Shown here piece after piece: positions 1 to 410 of a stretch of DNA of 410 nt (positions are counted from its first letter, which is position 1; every line of letters starts with the position of its first letter). This DNA comes from a phage: sequence record MZ617139.1. The stretch is one strand, 5' to 3'. A program made the translations under genes and the position numbers. The notes under the pieces are model-generated. The model was given only the letters and a program-made list of their open reading frames with translations. It did no database searches and was not told the origin of the DNA.

Positions 1-7
1 ACAGTGA

Positions 8-410
8 TACATTGATGGTCTGCTGACTGCCGATGTGATGATTTTCGACATTGAAGACGCGATGAACCACTATGACGTGGCTGGCGAGTACTCCAACCAG
101 TTGGGTGAGGCTCTGGCTATCGCTGCTGATGGTGCGGTTCTGGCTGAAATGGCTCTCCTGTGTAACCTCCCGGCTGCATCCAACGAGAACATTGCCGGTC
201 TGGGCACTGCGTCAGTACTTGAAGTTGGTACTAAAACAGACCTGAACACTCCGGCTAAGCTGGGTGAAGCAATCATCGGTCAACTGACCATTGCTCGTGC
301 GAAGCTGACCTCCAACTACGTTCCTGCTGGCGACCGTTACTTCTACACCACGCCGGACAACTACTCTGCAATCCTAGCGGCTCTGATGCCCAACGCCGCC
401 AACTACGCGA
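8..410 (+). CDS. 10: Major capsid protein, T7-like (gene 10A family), internal fragment. The 3' end runs off the window; the 5' side is closed by an in-frame TGA at 5-7, so the upstream part of the gene is out of frame or out of window.
   Basis: Frame 2 is open for 134 codons (8..409) with no stop. The translation aligns along its whole length with my recollection of T7 gp10A: identical blocks IDGLLTADV, DIEDAMNHYDV, QLGE, AADGAVLAE, NENI, GLGTA, NYVPA and YSAILAALMPNAANYA, with conservative changes between them. Codon usage is heavily biased: Asn 10/10 AAC, Arg 2/2 CGT, Leu 11/16 CTG, Tyr 7/8 TAC, Gly 7/10 GGT, Ala 12/25 GCT. The other two plus-strand frames are full of stops. Homology is from memory, not a database search. 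Confidence 0.85.

Noticed and set aside
5-7. The in-frame TGA might be read through or recoded (alternative genetic code with TGA as Trp or Gly, or selenocysteine).
   Set aside because: The aligned T7 position is an aliphatic residue, not Trp or Gly. No other TGA occurs in frame to suggest recoding, and the matching T-V-I in frame +1 immediately upstream is better explained by an indel.
86-93. Short palindromes GAGTACTC (86-93) and AGTACT (214-219), possible restriction or operator-like sites.
   Set aside because: They are 6-8 bp palindromes expected by chance in 410 bp of coding sequence, with no extended stem or flanking regulatory context.
104-160. Apparent repetitiveness of GCT/CTG/GGT units (e.g. 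ggctctggctatcgctgctgatggtgcggttctggctgaa).
   Set aside because: It arises from the Ala/Leu/Gly-rich protein sequence combined with strong codon bias. There is no fixed repeat unit and no spacer structure, so it is not a tandem repeat or CRISPR array.
70-276. The 68-aa minus-strand ORF from the supplied track (MIASPSLAGVFRSVLVPTSSTDAVPRPAMFSLDAAGRLHRRAISARTAPSAAIARASPNWLEYSPATS).
   Set aside because: It lies entirely antisense within the strongly supported capsid frame. Its Ala/Ser/Arg/Pro-rich, low-complexity composition is typical of an antisense frame that stays open opposite a codon-biased gene, and I recognise no homology. The plus-strand gene is probably missing from the track only because it has no stop within the window.
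1-410. The known T7 gene 10 programmed -1 frameshift that produces the minor capsid protein 10B.
   Set aside because: In T7 that slip site is at the extreme 3' end of gene 10A. This window covers the middle of the gene (roughly T7 residues 95-230), so the frame break at positions 5-10 is not that event.
1-410. Origin from a cloning or expression vector (pET gene 10 leader/T7-tag, or T7Select display vector).
   Set aside because: Vectors carry the 5' leader and first codons of T7 gene 10 or the exact T7 sequence. This is mid-gene and substantially diverged from T7 at the protein level.
1-410. Promoters, ribosome-binding sites, terminators or RNase III sites (T7-type promoter consensus TAATACGACTCACTATAG).
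   Set aside because: No match to the T7-class promoter consensus and no GC-rich hairpin followed by a T-run on either strand. The window is entirely intragenic.

Overview
The whole window is internal coding sequence of a phage structural gene. Plus-strand frame 2 (codons at 8-10, 11-13, ...) is open from 8 to the window end and translates to YIDGLLTADVMIFDIEDAMNHYDV...DRYFYTTPDNYSAILAALMPNAANYA. I recognise this as a homologue of the central part of the bacteriophage T7 major capsid protein (gene 10A product; T7 has ...KVITIDGLLTADVLIYDIEDAMNHYDV...SAILAALMPNAANYA...). It is clearly diverged from T7, so it is most likely from a T7-like podovirus (Autographiviridae) or a prophage remnant with such a capsid gene. 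Codon usage is strongly biased in the enterobacterial high-expression style. The one ORF in the supplied track (70..276, minus strand) lies antisense inside this gene and is almost certainly spurious. The only unusual point is at the extreme 5' edge: the capsid frame is closed by an in-frame TGA at 5-7, while the preceding codons read T-V-I in frame +1, which suggests a frameshift indel around position 10. With only about 10 nt of context this is tentative. I see no promoter, terminator, RNA gene, repeat array or mobile-element end, and no evidence of a novel system in this window.
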